Source of the DNA: Candidatus Eiseniibacteriota bacterium
Lineage (GTDB): Bacteria > Eisenbacteria > RBG-16-71-46 > DASYSL01
Direction: 5' to 3'
DNA: 47,114 bases
Assembly (NCBI GenBank): GCA_046598045.1
Contig: JBKJJJ010000203.1
Location: 1 to 47,114 of the forward strand
The translations under genes were made by a program, and so were the position numbers. Positions within the stretch are counted from its first letter, which is position 1. Every line of letters begins with the position of its first letter. The notes under the pieces are model-generated. The model saw only the letters and a program-made list of their open reading frames with translations. It had not been told where the DNA came from and did not search any database. This document shows, piece after piece, positions 1-9,793 of the stretch.

Positions 1-756
1 CTTGCCGGCCGTGTACTTCGACTCGAAATCATACAGGCCGCTCTTCGGCCGGATCTCGATCACGGGCAGCACCTGCTCACCGAGCACGGCGACCGTGAGC
101 TCGCGCCCGGGAATGAACGCCTCGAGCAGCACCTGGTCGGAGTAGCGCAAGGCCTCAGCGTAGGCGGGCGCGAGGCCGGGCGCGTCGTCGACGATCGTGA
201 GGCCGAACGTCGAACCCTCGTCGTTCGGCTTGACCACCACCGGGAATCCGCCGATCGCATCCACCGCGGCGGTGTCGGGCACCTTGCCCTCGCGCCGGCG
301 GTAGAGCCGCCACGCCGGCGTGGGGATCCCGGCGTGCTCGAAGATGCGCTTGGAGACCGCCTTGTCCATCGCCATCGCGGACGCGAGCATGCCCGACCCC
401 GTGTAGGTCTTCCCCGCGAGGTCGAGCAGCGCCTGGATCGTTCCGTCCTCGCCCGCGCCGCCGTGAAGCGCGATGAACACGAGTTGGGCGTCGTGCAACG
501 GCGCCGAGCCGAGGATCGAGGCGTTGCGCCGGCGCGCGAGCGTGAGCGCGTGCGCGCCGCCCTCGGAGGGTTCGCTCCCGTCGGGCGCGAGCGCGGCCTG
601 CGTCTCCGTGCCCGCGAGCAGCACGGCGCCGGTCGCGGAATCGATCGCCGTCACGTCGTGACCGCGCGCGCGCAGGGCGCGGGCGATGCCCGAGCCGGTG
701 CGCAGCGAAATCTCGCGCTCCGCCGAGGTCCCTCCCATGAGCACGACGATGTTCAT
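1..756 (-). CDS. ddl: D-alanine--D-alanine ligase (3' end truncated by window edge)
   Basis: Not in the ORF track; translated by hand from ATG 756: MNIVVLMGGTSAEREISLRTG, FIALHGGAGEDGTIQ, MAMDKAVSK, VVKPNDEGS, LYDFESKY. ATGA overlap with the ispF stop. Confidence 0.95.
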   Translation of the reverse strand, partial: MNIVVLMGGTSAEREISLRTGSGIARALRARGHDVTAIDSATGAVLLAGTETQAALAPDGSEPSEGGAHALTLARRRNASILGSAPLHDAQLVFIALHGGAGEDGTIQALLDLAGKTYTGSGMLASAMAMDKAVSKRIFEHAGIPTPAWRLYRRREGKVPDTAAVDAIGGFPVVVKPNDEGSTFGLTIVDDAPGLAPAYAEALRYSDQVLLEAFIPGRELTVAVLGEQVLPVIEIRPKSGLYDFESKYTAGK

Positions 757-1265
757 CGAATCTCCTCACCTGGTCCGCCGCCGGGGACGCACGGGACGAG
801 CATCGCCACGGCCCACACCGCGAGTCCTTCGCCCTTGCCGAGGCTGCCGAGGCCCTCGGGCCGTGTCGCCTTGACGCTCACCTGGGCCACATCGACCGCG
901 AGCGCGCGCGCGAGGTTCGCGCGCATCGCGGGCACGTGGGGCGCGAGTTGCGGCGCCTCGGTGAGCACGGTCGCGTCCACGTTGCCGACGGCGTAGCCGC
1001 GCGCCGCGATCATCGCCGTCACCTGCGCAAGCAGCGCCAGGCTGTTCGCGCCGCGCCACTGCGGATCGCTGTCGGGAAAGTGTGCACCGAGGTCGCCCAG
1101 CGCGAGCGCGCCCAGCAGCGCGTCGGCGATCGCGTGGCACAGCGCGTCCGCGTCCGAGTGGCCGGCGAGGCCGCGCGGCCCCGGCAGCGTCTCGCCGCCG
1201 AGCACGAGCGCGCGCCCGTCCGCGAACGGGTGGACATCGTAACCGATTCCCACGCGCGGGATCAT
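753..1265 (-). CDS. ispF: 2-C-methyl-D-erythritol 2,4-cyclodiphosphate synthase
   Basis: RVGIGYDVH, GHSDAD, GDLGAHFPD, VSVKAT motifs; ATG 1265 overlaps the ispD stop. Confidence 0.96.
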   Translation of the reverse strand: MIPRVGIGYDVHPFADGRALVLGGETLPGPRGLAGHSDADALCHAIADALLGALALGDLGAHFPDSDPQWRGANSLALLAQVTAMIAARGYAVGNVDATVLTEAPQLAPHVPAMRANLARALAVDVAQVSVKATRPEGLGSLGKGEGLAVWAVAMLVPCVPGGGPGEEIR

Positions 1266-1966
1266 GCCGCGCCCCCGGTCCCGAGCGCCTTGAGCCAGGC
1301 CTCGGCCCACGCGCGGTCGTCGGGCGTCGTGAGCTTGCGATTGCCCGAAGGCGCGGGCACGATGCGGACCGGCCGGCCGAGGCGCTCGATCAGCGCGACG
1401 TCGTCGGTCGCCGTCTCGCCCGTGGCGGCCGCGCGCGCGTGCGCCTCGACGAGCCAGGCGCGCCACGCGCCTTGCGGCGTCTGGGCGCGCCACAGGCCGG
1501 TGCGCTCGAGCGTCTCGAGCACGCCGCCGTCGACCACGCGCTTGAGCGTGTCGGTCAGCGGCTCGGCGGCGAGCGCGGCGCCATGCTCGAGCGCGGCCTC
1601 GGCGACGAGGTCGAACAGCGCGGGCTCGGCGAACGGGCGTGCCGCATCGTGCACGAGCACGACCTTCGAGGCGTCGCTCGTGGCGGCGAGCCCGCGCGCG
1701 CACGAGGCCTGCCGCGTCGCGCCACCGGGCACGATCGCCTCAACCCTGGCGCGCGCCGAGGGCGTGGCGGCGGCGAGCGCCGGCGCGAGCGCGCGCTCGT
1801 CGCCCACGATCACGATCCCGCTCACGCTGCCCGCGCGGCCGAGGGCGTCGAGCGACCACGCCAGCAGCGGCCGCCCGCCAAGTTCGACCGCGGCCTTGGG
1901 CACGCCGGCGCCGAGCCGTTCCCCGATCCCGGCGGCGAGCAGGAGCGCGGTCGCGAAGCCGCTCAC
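1262..1966 (-). CDS. ispD: 2-C-methyl-D-erythritol 4-phosphate cytidylyltransferase
   Basis: LAAGIGERLG..PK, GGATRQAS, VLVHDAARP, AQTPQ, TDD, NRKLTTPDD; GTG 1966 overlaps the radA stop. Confidence 0.95.
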   Translation of the reverse strand: MSGFATALLLAAGIGERLGAGVPKAAVELGGRPLLAWSLDALGRAGSVSGIVIVGDERALAPALAAATPSARARVEAIVPGGATRQASCARGLAATSDASKVVLVHDAARPFAEPALFDLVAEAALEHGAALAAEPLTDTLKRVVDGGVLETLERTGLWRAQTPQGAWRAWLVEAHARAAATGETATDDVALIERLGRPVRIVPAPSGNRKLTTPDDRAWAEAWLKALGTGGAA

Positions 1967-3462
1967 GCGTCGGCCTCGGCGGCGGCGCCCGCCTCGGGAC
2001 GCGCGGCCGCGCGGCGCGGGCCGAGCCCGGCTTGCAGCGCGGCGCGCGCATCGGCGACCGGGACGATGGTCACGCCGAAGCCCTCGCAATCGGCCGCCTG
2101 CGCCTGGGGCACGAGCGCGACCGTGAAGCCGAGCCGGGCCGCCTCGCGCACGCGCGCCGCGGGCTGGCGCACGCGGCGCACCTCGCCGGCAAGGCCGACC
2201 TCGCCGAAAAGGGCCATGCCCGCGACCGGCAACCGGTCCTCGCGCGAGGAGGCGACGGCGAGCAGCACGCCCAGGTCCGCGCCGGGCTCATCGAGCGTCA
2301 GGCCGCCGGCCACGTTCGTGAACACGTCGCCCTGCGACACGCGCACGCCCACGCGCTTCTCGAGCACAGCCAATAGCAGCGCGATGCGCTTGGAGTCGAA
2401 GCCGTTGGTCACGCGCTGCGGTTGCGCGAAGCTCGAGGAGGTCACGAGCGCCTGGACCTCGACCAGCAGCGGCCGCGCGCCCTCGACCACGGCGACCGTG
2501 ATTGCGCCCGGGCGCGGCGTCGACTCGCCGAGGAACGCGCGCGACGCGTCGTCGAGCTCGCGCAGGCCATCCTCGGCCATCGCGAACACGCCGAGCTCGT
2601 CGGTCGAGCCGAAGCGGTTCTTGGCCGCGCGCAGCACGCGCACATCGTGGTAGCGCTCGCCCTCGAGGTAGAGCACGGCATCGACCATGTGCTCGAGCAC
2701 GCGCGGACCGGCGACCGCCCCGTCCTTGGTGACGTGGCCCACGAGGAACACGGGGACGCCCGCGCCCTTCGCCAGGTCGAGGTACGCCAGCGCCGACTCG
2801 CGCACCTGCGTCACGGAGCCGGGCGCGCCCTGGCCCTGTGCGGTGGTCGCGGTCTGGATCGAGTCCACGACCACCGCGTCGGGCTTGAGCTGCGCGGCCT
2901 GCTCGAGCACGGACTCGACCTCGGTCTCGCACAGGAGATAGAGCGCCTCGGGGATCGCGCCCAGCCGCTCGGCACGCAGCCGCACCTGGGGCGCGGACTC
3001 CTCCCCGGCGACGTAGAGCACGCGGCGGCCCTGCGACGCGAGCGCGCGCGAGAGCTGGAGCATGAGCGTGGACTTGCCGATGCCCGGGTCGCCGCCGACG
3101 AGCAGCAGCGAACCGGGCACGACGCCGCCGCCGAGCACGCGGTCGAGTTCGCGCATGCCGGTCGGCCAGCGCGCGCTGGTCGTCAGGTCGACGTCGCGCA
3201 GCGGGCGCGGCACGTCGCCCCCCGCGGCGTCGACCCAGCGCCTCCGCGCGCCGCTCGAGCCCGCGCGCGCGGGGCCGGCGTCGCCCGGGCGCACGGACGC
3301 CTTGAGCGCGGTCGAGCCCAGCCCGGCCGGGGCCTCGACCAGCGTGTTCCACGAGCCGCACACCGGACACTGGCCGAACCAGCGCGGGCTCTCGCCTCCG
3401 CACGCGGTGCAGAAGAAACCGCGCGGCGGGGCTTTCCTGGGGGCGATCCTGGTCCTGGTCAC
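1963..3462 (-). CDS. radA: DNA repair protein RadA/Sms
   Basis: C4 zinc finger CTAC..CPVC, Walker A GDPGIGKST, KNRFG motif, Lon-like C-terminus GEVGLAGEVR. Confidence 0.97.
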   Translation of the reverse strand: MTRTRIAPRKAPPRGFFCTACGGESPRWFGQCPVCGSWNTLVEAPAGLGSTALKASVRPGDAGPARAGSSGARRRWVDAAGGDVPRPLRDVDLTTSARWPTGMRELDRVLGGGVVPGSLLLVGGDPGIGKSTLMLQLSRALASQGRRVLYVAGEESAPQVRLRAERLGAIPEALYLLCETEVESVLEQAAQLKPDAVVVDSIQTATTAQGQGAPGSVTQVRESALAYLDLAKGAGVPVFLVGHVTKDGAVAGPRVLEHMVDAVLYLEGERYHDVRVLRAAKNRFGSTDELGVFAMAEDGLRELDDASRAFLGESTPRPGAITVAVVEGARPLLVEVQALVTSSSFAQPQRVTNGFDSKRIALLLAVLEKRVGVRVSQGDVFTNVAGGLTLDEPGADLGVLLAVASSREDRLPVAGMALFGEVGLAGEVRRVRQPAARVREAARLGFTVALVPQAQAADCEGFGVTIVPVADARAALQAGLGPRRAAARPEAGAAAEADA

Positions 3463-3484
3463 GAGTCCTCTCGCCGGGGGCGCA

Positions 3485-4387
3485 TCAGAACACCGACACC
3501 TTGAAGTACTTCCTGGGATGGGCGCGCAGGTCCCGCACGAGGCTGGTCAACTCGCGCAGGGCGAGGCTCGTCTCGTCGTAGAGCGCGCGCTCGTTGACCA
3601 ACCTCGCCGCCGTGCCCTGACCGGAGTTCACCTTGCGCGTGACCTCGGTCAGCCCGGCCGACAGCGAGTCGAGCCGCGTGATCAGCGAATCGAAGCGCAC
3701 CGACGTGCGCGACACGTCGTCGAGTGCGCGCGCGACCTTGGGCTCGTTGGTCTCGGCGGAGTGGCGCGCGATCTCGGACGTGGCCCGCAGGTTGCCCGCG
3801 AGCGCGACCAGGTCGCCGCGGCTGTCGGCGAGCGTGTGCCTCAGGTCCGCGCTCGCGGCCTCGACGTTCGCCAGCGTGGTGCGCACGGTGCCCCGCTCCT
3901 CGGCGAGCGCGAGCACGCGGTCGAACTGGTCCGACAGGCGCTCGAGCGAGGACAGGGCGGCGCCCATCTGGCTCACCACCTCCGGGATGCCGCTCTCGTA
4001 CACGCCCTCGATCGTGTCGCGCTTCGCGTCGAGCGGCCGGCCGCCATTGCCGGGCGCGATCGCGATGAACTTCTCGCCCATCAGCCCGACGTTGCGCACG
4101 AACACGCGGTCCCCCACGGACAGCGCGACGTCGCGGCTCAGGAGGAAATCCACGATCACGCGGCCATGGGGCGCGAGGTGGATGCCCTTGACCGAGCCCT
4201 TCTTGACGCCGTTGATGGTCACCGGGTCGTCCTCGGCGAGACCGCCCACGTCGCTGAACGCGACGTTCCAGTGGCGGGTGCGCTCGGCCAGCCGCACCTG
4301 CCTGAGCGCGGTCACGCTCCACACCACGACCGCGAGCGCGATGATGACGGTCACGCCGACGGCAATCTCGGTATTGCGCGAGGCCAT
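3485..4387 (-). CDS. mlaD: MCE/MlaD family lipid transporter subunit
   Basis: N-terminal TM, FSDVGGL..V.INGVKKGSV, GLMGEKFI, helical C-terminus ending HPRKYFKVSVF; follows mlaE-mlaF. Confidence 0.9.
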   Translation of the reverse strand: MASRNTEIAVGVTVIIALAVVVWSVTALRQVRLAERTRHWNVAFSDVGGLAEDDPVTINGVKKGSVKGIHLAPHGRVIVDFLLSRDVALSVGDRVFVRNVGLMGEKFIAIAPGNGGRPLDAKRDTIEGVYESGIPEVVSQMGAALSSLERLSDQFDRVLALAEERGTVRTTLANVEAASADLRHTLADSRGDLVALAGNLRATSEIARHSAETNEPKVARALDDVSRTSVRFDSLITRLDSLSAGLTEVTRKVNSGQGTAARLVNERALYDETSLALRELTSLVRDLRAHPRKYFKVSVF

Positions 4388-4398
4388 GCACCCTCCTG

Positions 4399-5142
4399 CT
4401 AGGAGCCGACGGGTTCTTCGCTCGTGCCCTCGACGAACTGCCGCAGCACCGGGTCGCGCGCGGCGCGCACCTCGTCGGGGGTGCCCGTGAAACGGATCCT
4501 GCCCTGGTGCAGCAACGCGATGCGGTCGGCGATGAAGTACGCGCTCTGCATGTCGTGCGTCACCACCACGGAGGTCACCCCGAGGTCCTTCTGCAGCCGC
4601 TTGACCAGCCGGTTGATCACGTCCGAGGTCACCGGATCGAGTCCGCTGGTCGGCTCATCGTACAGGAGCAGCCGCGGCCGAAGGGCGATCGCGCGCGCGA
4701 TGCCGACGCGCTTGCGCATGCCACCCGAAAGCGACGACGGCTTGAGCGCCGCGGTGTCGGCCAGGCCGACGAAACCCAGGCACTCGTTCACCCGCGCCTG
4801 GATCTCGGGCTCGGGCGCCGGCGTGTGAAAGCGCAGGCCGAGCGCGATGTTCTCGCCCACCGCCATCGAGTCGAACAACGCCGCGCCCTGGAACACCATG
4901 GCCACCTCGCGGCGCAGGCGGTTCCAGGCGCGGGCCTCGGCGTGCGTCACGTCCTCGCCCAGCACCTCGAGCCGTCCGGCATCGGCCTGCATCAGCCCGA
5001 TGACGTGCTTGAGGAACACGCTCTTGCCGCTGCCCGAGCGCCCGAGCAGCACGAGCGTCTCGCCCTCGTGCACGTCGAGGTCGACGCCCGCGAGCACGTC
5101 GCGCGTGCCGAGCCGCTTGACCAGCCCGCGGGCCGCGATCAT
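4399..5142 (-). CDS. mlaF: MlaF-type ABC transporter ATP-binding protein
   Basis: GRSGSGKS, FQGAALFDSM, LSGGMRKRVGIAR, YDEPTSGLDP, VTHD. Confidence 0.92.
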   Translation of the reverse strand: MIAARGLVKRLGTRDVLAGVDLDVHEGETLVLLGRSGSGKSVFLKHVIGLMQADAGRLEVLGEDVTHAEARAWNRLRREVAMVFQGAALFDSMAVGENIALGLRFHTPAPEPEIQARVNECLGFVGLADTAALKPSSLSGGMRKRVGIARAIALRPRLLLYDEPTSGLDPVTSDVINRLVKRLQKDLGVTSVVVTHDMQSAYFIADRIALLHQGRIRFTGTPDEVRAARDPVLRQFVEGTSEEPVGS

Positions 5143-5155
5143 GCCCCGGCGCGCC

Positions 5156-6058
5156 TCAAAATTCGACCCGGAACAGCAGGTTCGCGAGCACGTAATCGAG
5201 CGCGAGCACGAGCACGCACGAGGCCACGACGGCCTGGGTCGCGGACCTGCCGACGCCCTCGGCGCCGCCCTCGGTGCGGAACCCGTAGAACGTGCCCATC
5301 AGGCCGATCGAGCCGCCGAAGAACGCGGCCTTGGTCAGCCCCGAGTACAGGTCGCGGCTGACGAACGTGTTGCGCACCGCCTCGAAGTAGGTGTGCGGCG
5401 CCTGGTCGTACGAAAGGTACGCGACCACGAGGCCGCCGAGGACCCCCACCACGTCCGCGAACACCGTCACCACCGGTAACATGATCGTCGCCGCCAGGAT
5501 GCGCGGCATCACGAGGTAGGGCACCGGCGGGATCGCGAGCGTCTCGAGCGCGTCGATCTGCTCGGTCACGCGCATGGTGCCGAGCTCGGCCGCGATCGCG
5601 GCGCCGACCCGCCCGCCGACGACGAGCGCGGTGAGCACGGGGCCGAGCTCGATGAGCACGAATTTCTGCACCATCGAGCCGACGTAGCGCATGGGCAGGA
5701 AGCCCTGCAACTGGTAGGCGGCCTGAACCGCGGTGACCGCGCCCGTGAACGCCGCGACCACGACCACGAGCGGCAGCGACCCGACGCCGAGCGCGTACAT
5801 CTGGGCGAGGGCCTCGCGCGCGTAGCGCCCGACGGACGGCAGGCCCCTGAGCGTGGCGATCAGGAGCGCGGCGACGCGGCCGACATCCTCGAAGAAACGG
5901 AGTACGGTCCGGCCGAGCGCGGCGGTCGCGGCGCCGGCCTCGTAGTGGAAGCCCTCTTCGCCAAACGCGGCATGGAGGCGCGCCCGGGCGAGCGCCAGGG
6001 GATCGGCGCGTTCGGAGCCCTTGGGCCCCGGTGGGCCAGGCGCGCGGCCCGTGGTCAG
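5156..6058 (-). CDS. mlaE: MlaE-type ABC transporter permease (start uncertain: CTG 6058 proposed; first ATG is 5800)
   Basis: ELGPVLTALVVGGRVGAAIAAELGTMRVTEQIDAL, GGAEGVG. MlaE-like sequence (LGRTVLRFFEDVGRVAALL) continues in frame upstream of ATG 5800. Confidence 0.88.
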   Translation of the reverse strand: MTTGRAPGPPGPKGSERADPLALARARLHAAFGEEGFHYEAGAATAALGRTVLRFFEDVGRVAALLIATLRGLPSVGRYAREALAQMYALGVGSLPLVVVVAAFTGAVTAVQAAYQLQGFLPMRYVGSMVQKFVLIELGPVLTALVVGGRVGAAIAAELGTMRVTEQIDALETLAIPPVPYLVMPRILAATIMLPVVTVFADVVGVLGGLVVAYLSYDQAPHTYFEAVRNTFVSRDLYSGLTKAAFFGGSIGLMGTFYGFRTEGGAEGVGRSATQAVVASCVLVLALDYVLANLLFRVEF

Positions 6059-7437
6059 CTCAGGTACTCCGCCTGGATCTCGGTGTAGTTCTCGAAGCGG
6101 GTGCTTTCCTTGAGGAAGGTCAGGTTGACCAGGCCGGTCGGACCGTTCCTGTGCTTGGCAATGATCACCTGCGCCTTGTTCTTGAGCTCCTCGACCTCGG
6201 GCTTGTAGAGCTCCTCGCGGAAGATGAAGAGCACGATGTCCGCGTCCTGCTCGATCGCGCCCGACTCGCGCAGGTCGGAGAGCTGCGGGATCTTGCTCCG
6301 CCGATCACTGGACTCCGGCGCGCGCGAGAGCTGCGAGAGCACGACGATCGGGATGTCGAGCTCCTTGGCGAGACCCTTGAGCGAGCGCGTCATCTGCGAG
6401 ACCTCCTGCACGCGATTCTCGGACCTGCCGGTGCCGTGCATGAGCTGGAGGTAGTCGATCACCAGCAGGTCGAGCCCGTGTTCGGCCTTGAGGCGGCGGG
6501 CGCGCGTGCGCACGTCGAGCACCGAGACGCCGGCGCTCTCGTCGATGAAGATCGGGGCCTCGTACAGGCGGCCCGAGGCGTTGGTCAGGCCGCGCCAATC
6601 GCGGTCGGTCAGGTAGCCGCGGCGCAGCTTGGACAGGTCGACGCGCGCCTGCGAGCACAACAGGCGCTGGATGAGCTGGTCGCGCGACATTTCGAGGCTG
6701 AACACGCCGACCTTGCGGCCCGCGAGCAGCGCGGCATTCTCGGCGATGTTGAGCGCGAACGAGGTCTTGCCCATGCCCGGGCGGCCGGCGATGACGATCA
6801 GATCCGAGGGCTGGAGCCCGGCGGTCTTGTCGTCGAGGTCGGTGAAGCCGGTCGGCACGCCGGTGACGTGCTGGCTCTTGTCGAACAGCTTCTGGATCTT
6901 GTCCATGTTCGGGTGGATCAGGTCCTTGATCGGGGCGAAGCCCTGGTTCAGGCGGTCCTCGCCGATCTCGAAGATGCGCGCCTCGGCGCGGTCGAGGATG
7001 GTCTCGGTCTCGTCGCGGCCGGCGTAGGCGTCGGAGGCGATCGCGTGCGCGGTCGTGATCAGGCGGCGCAAGAGCCCCTTCTCCTTCACGAGACGAAGGT
7101 GCTGGTCGACGTTCGCCGAGGTCGAGGCGTACTCGAACAGCGACGACAGGTACCCGGCCCCGCCGGCCGCCTCGAGCTCGCCGCGGCGCGACAGCTCCTC
7201 GCTGATGGTGATCAGGTCGGGGCGGATGTTCTTGTCGGTCAGACCGACGATCGCCGCATAGATCTTGCGGTGGGGATCGCGGTAGAAGTCGCGCGGATCC
7301 TCGCCCAGCATCTCGAGCGCCTTCTCCACCGCCTCGACGTCGAGCAGCATGGCGCACAGCACGGAGCGCTCGGCGTCGAGCGCCTGCGGCGGAACGGGTC
7401 CGGATTGGGGCAAGGGCGAAACGCTGAGCTCGTCCAT
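6055..7437 (-). CDS. dnaB: Replicative DNA helicase
   Basis: PPQALDAERSVL, GRPGMGKT, FSLEMS, IDYLQLM, SQLSR, LSDLRESGAIEQDAD, AKHRNGPTG; 460 aa with no intein. Confidence 0.98.
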   Translation of the reverse strand: MDELSVSPLPQSGPVPPQALDAERSVLCAMLLDVEAVEKALEMLGEDPRDFYRDPHRKIYAAIVGLTDKNIRPDLITISEELSRRGELEAAGGAGYLSSLFEYASTSANVDQHLRLVKEKGLLRRLITTAHAIASDAYAGRDETETILDRAEARIFEIGEDRLNQGFAPIKDLIHPNMDKIQKLFDKSQHVTGVPTGFTDLDDKTAGLQPSDLIVIAGRPGMGKTSFALNIAENAALLAGRKVGVFSLEMSRDQLIQRLLCSQARVDLSKLRRGYLTDRDWRGLTNASGRLYEAPIFIDESAGVSVLDVRTRARRLKAEHGLDLLVIDYLQLMHGTGRSENRVQEVSQMTRSLKGLAKELDIPIVVLSQLSRAPESSDRRSKIPQLSDLRESGAIEQDADIVLFIFREELYKPEVEELKNKAQVIIAKHRNGPTGLVNLTFLKESTRFENYTEIQAEYLS

Positions 7438-7499
7438 GGCGGCGGTCCTTCAGGTCAGGATCGAATCGAAGTCGGTTGGGGCTACGGGCGGCAATAGTA

Positions 7500-8291
7500 C
7501 TACGGCGTCTGGTATTCCCGCGCGAGGAGTTGCAGGTCCTCCCACACCGGGCGCTTGTAATTCGGGTTCCTGAGGCAGGCCGCCGGGTGGTAGGTGACCA
7601 GCAGCTTGGAGTCGCCGTAGCGGAAGACCGTGCCGCGCATCCCGCCGATCGTGCCCTTGGCCCCGACCAGCAGCTCGGCGGCGAACTTGCCCAGGCAGAA
7701 GATCACCTTCGGCTGGAGCAGCGCGAGCTGGCGCCTCAAGTACGGGCTGCAGGACTCGATCTCGTGCGGCAGCGGGTTCCGGTTCTCGGGCGGGCGGCAC
7801 TTGAGCACGTTCGCGATGAACACCGACTCGCGCGCGAGCGACACGCCCGGGATGAGCTGCTTTTCATCCATCGCCTGGATCATCTTGGTCAAGAGGTCGC
7901 CGGCGCGGCCGACGAACGGCTCGCCACGGCGATCCTCCTCCGCCCCGGGGGCCTCGCCCACGAACACCACGCCGACCCGGCCCGACCCGACGCCCGGCAC
8001 GGCCTGGATGCGGGTCTCGCACAGCGCGCACTTCGTGCAGGCACGGACCTCCGCGGCGATCGCCTCGAGCGTATCGCCGGCCGGAGACAGTTCGGGCGCG
8101 GCGGTCGTCCCGGCGGCGGGCTCGGCGAGCGCGACCGACGACGGCGCCTTGGTAGCCGCACGCGGCTTGCGCGGGCCCGGCTTCTCGGCCGCCGCCAGCG
8201 TCCACAGGTCGCCGCGGCCGGCATCGGCCTCGCGCGCGAGGAAACGCCGGGCGGCTCCTGCGAGGCTCTTCTTGTCGTCAGCTCCGGCCAC
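7500..8291 (-). CDS. Uracil-DNA glycosylase, family 4 (Fe-S)
   Basis: CTKCALC, VGEAPG.EED, PFVGRAG, NVLKCRPPENRNP, YHPAA; GTG 8291 with an AAGAAAGGG SD-like sequence. Confidence 0.92.
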   Translation of the reverse strand: MAGADDKKSLAGAARRFLAREADAGRGDLWTLAAAEKPGPRKPRAATKAPSSVALAEPAAGTTAAPELSPAGDTLEAIAAEVRACTKCALCETRIQAVPGVGSGRVGVVFVGEAPGAEEDRRGEPFVGRAGDLLTKMIQAMDEKQLIPGVSLARESVFIANVLKCRPPENRNPLPHEIESCSPYLRRQLALLQPKVIFCLGKFAAELLVGAKGTIGGMRGTVFRYGDSKLLVTYHPAACLRNPNYKRPVWEDLQLLAREYQTP

Positions 8292-9540
8292 GGGTCCCTT
8301 TCTTCGGCGCGGGCCACAGCGCCGCGAGCCGGGCGGCCACGCGCTCGGCCACCGCGCGCTTGGCGAGCACGGGCAGGCGCTCGGCGCCGCCGTCGGCATC
8401 GAGGATCGTGACCTCGTTGGTGTCGCCCCCGAACCTGGATCCGGGGCGCGTCGGATTATTGAGTACGAGCAGGTCGCACCTCTTCGCGAGCAGTTTCGCG
8501 CGCGCGGCCGCGAGCTCGCGCTCGGTCTCGACCGCGAAGCCGACGACCTTGAGCCCGCGCGGGCGGGGCAGCGTCTTGAGCAGGTCGGGCGTGGGCATGA
8601 GCTCGATCGTGAGCGCCTTCGCGCCGCGCTTGAGCTTGTGCGCGGCCGGCTTCGCGGGCCGGTAGTCGGAGACGGCGGCGGCCATCACCAGCGCGTCGGC
8701 CTGCTTGAGCGCGGCCCCGAGCGCGCGCGCGAGGTCGGCGGCCGAGGTGACCGCAATCGTGGTCACGCCGGCAGGCGCGGCGAGCGCGGTCGGGCCGGAG
8801 ATCAGCGTGACCGCGGCGCCGAGGTCGCGGCAGGCCTCGGCAAGCGCGTAGCCCATCTTGCCGCTCGAGTGGTTCGTCAGCACGCGCACCGGGTCGAGCG
8901 CCTCGAGCGTCGGGCCCGCGGTGACGACCACGCGCCTTCCGGCGAGCGGGCCGACCGCAGCGGACCGGCCGGAGAGCGCGGCCCGCGCGGCGGCGGCGAT
9001 CGACTCGAGCGAGGCGAGGCGACCGCGGCCCTCCCAGCCGCAGGCGAGGTCGCCCGTCTCGGGCTCGGCGAAGCGATAGCCCCGGCGCCTGAGCGCGGCG
9101 AGGTTGTCCTGCACGATCGGGTTTTCGAGCATCTGCACGTTCATCGCCGGGGCGAACACGACGGGCGCGCGCGTGGCGAGGATCACGGTGGTGACCATGT
9201 CGTCGCCCAGGCCATGCGCGACCTTCGCCAGCAGGTCGGCGGTGGCGGGCGCGACGATCACGAGGTCCGCCGCGTCGGCGACCTCGATATGCTCGACCGG
9301 ACTGGTGCGGTCCTTGGGGCGGGCGAACGTGAGCGCCTGGTTCGGCGCCCACAGGTCATCGAGCACGGGATTGCCCGAGAGCGTGGCGAGCGTGAGCGGG
9401 GTGATGAACTGCTTCGCCGCCGGTGTCATGACGACCACTACGGCGGCGCCCTCTTTCTTGAGCCAGCGGACGATCTCCGCGGCCTTGTAGGCCGCGATCC
9501 CCCCGGACACGCCGAGGACCACCGTCTTGCCGGCGAGCAC
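8278..9540 (-). CDS. coaBC: Phosphopantothenoylcysteine decarboxylase/synthetase
   Basis: GVSGGIAAYK, APATAD, PAMN, LACG, TAGPT.E.LDPVR, NHSSGKMG, AAAVSDY, VGFAVET. Confidence 0.97.
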   Translation of the reverse strand: MLAGKTVVLGVSGGIAAYKAAEIVRWLKKEGAAVVVVMTPAAKQFITPLTLATLSGNPVLDDLWAPNQALTFARPKDRTSPVEHIEVADAADLVIVAPATADLLAKVAHGLGDDMVTTVILATRAPVVFAPAMNVQMLENPIVQDNLAALRRRGYRFAEPETGDLACGWEGRGRLASLESIAAAARAALSGRSAAVGPLAGRRVVVTAGPTLEALDPVRVLTNHSSGKMGYALAEACRDLGAAVTLISGPTALAAPAGVTTIAVTSAADLARALGAALKQADALVMAAAVSDYRPAKPAAHKLKRGAKALTIELMPTPDLLKTLPRPRGLKVVGFAVETERELAAARAKLLAKRCDLLVLNNPTRPGSRFGGDTNEVTILDADGGAERLPVLAKRAVAERVAARLAALWPAPKKGTRGRS

Positions 9541-9544
9541 GGCT

Positions 9545-9793
9545 CTACTCCGTGGGCGGAAGCGCCGGCGCCTCGGGCACGGGCGCGCGGCTCGTGACGT
9601 ACTGCCAGGTCACCTCGCGGTGCAGCGCGCGGGCGAGCGCGAGCGTGGTCACTTTCGCGCTCGAGGTCTCGGTCTCGCCGCTCATGCGCAGCTGGTTGTT
9701 GAGCCGGCGCGCCTCGCGCGCCGCGACGATCGACATCTCGTACTTGTTCGCCCCCTGCGGGGTGTTCATGACCAGAGTGACGCGGTCAGTCAT
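9545..9793 (-). CDS. rpoZ: RNA polymerase omega subunit
   Basis: NKYEMSIVAAREARRLN and KVTTLAL motifs; gmk-rpoZ-coaBC context; ATGA overlap with gmk. Confidence 0.85.
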   Translation of the reverse strand: MTDRVTLVMNTPQGANKYEMSIVAAREARRLNNQLRMSGETETSSAKVTTLALARALHREVTWQYVTSRAPVPEAPALPPTE

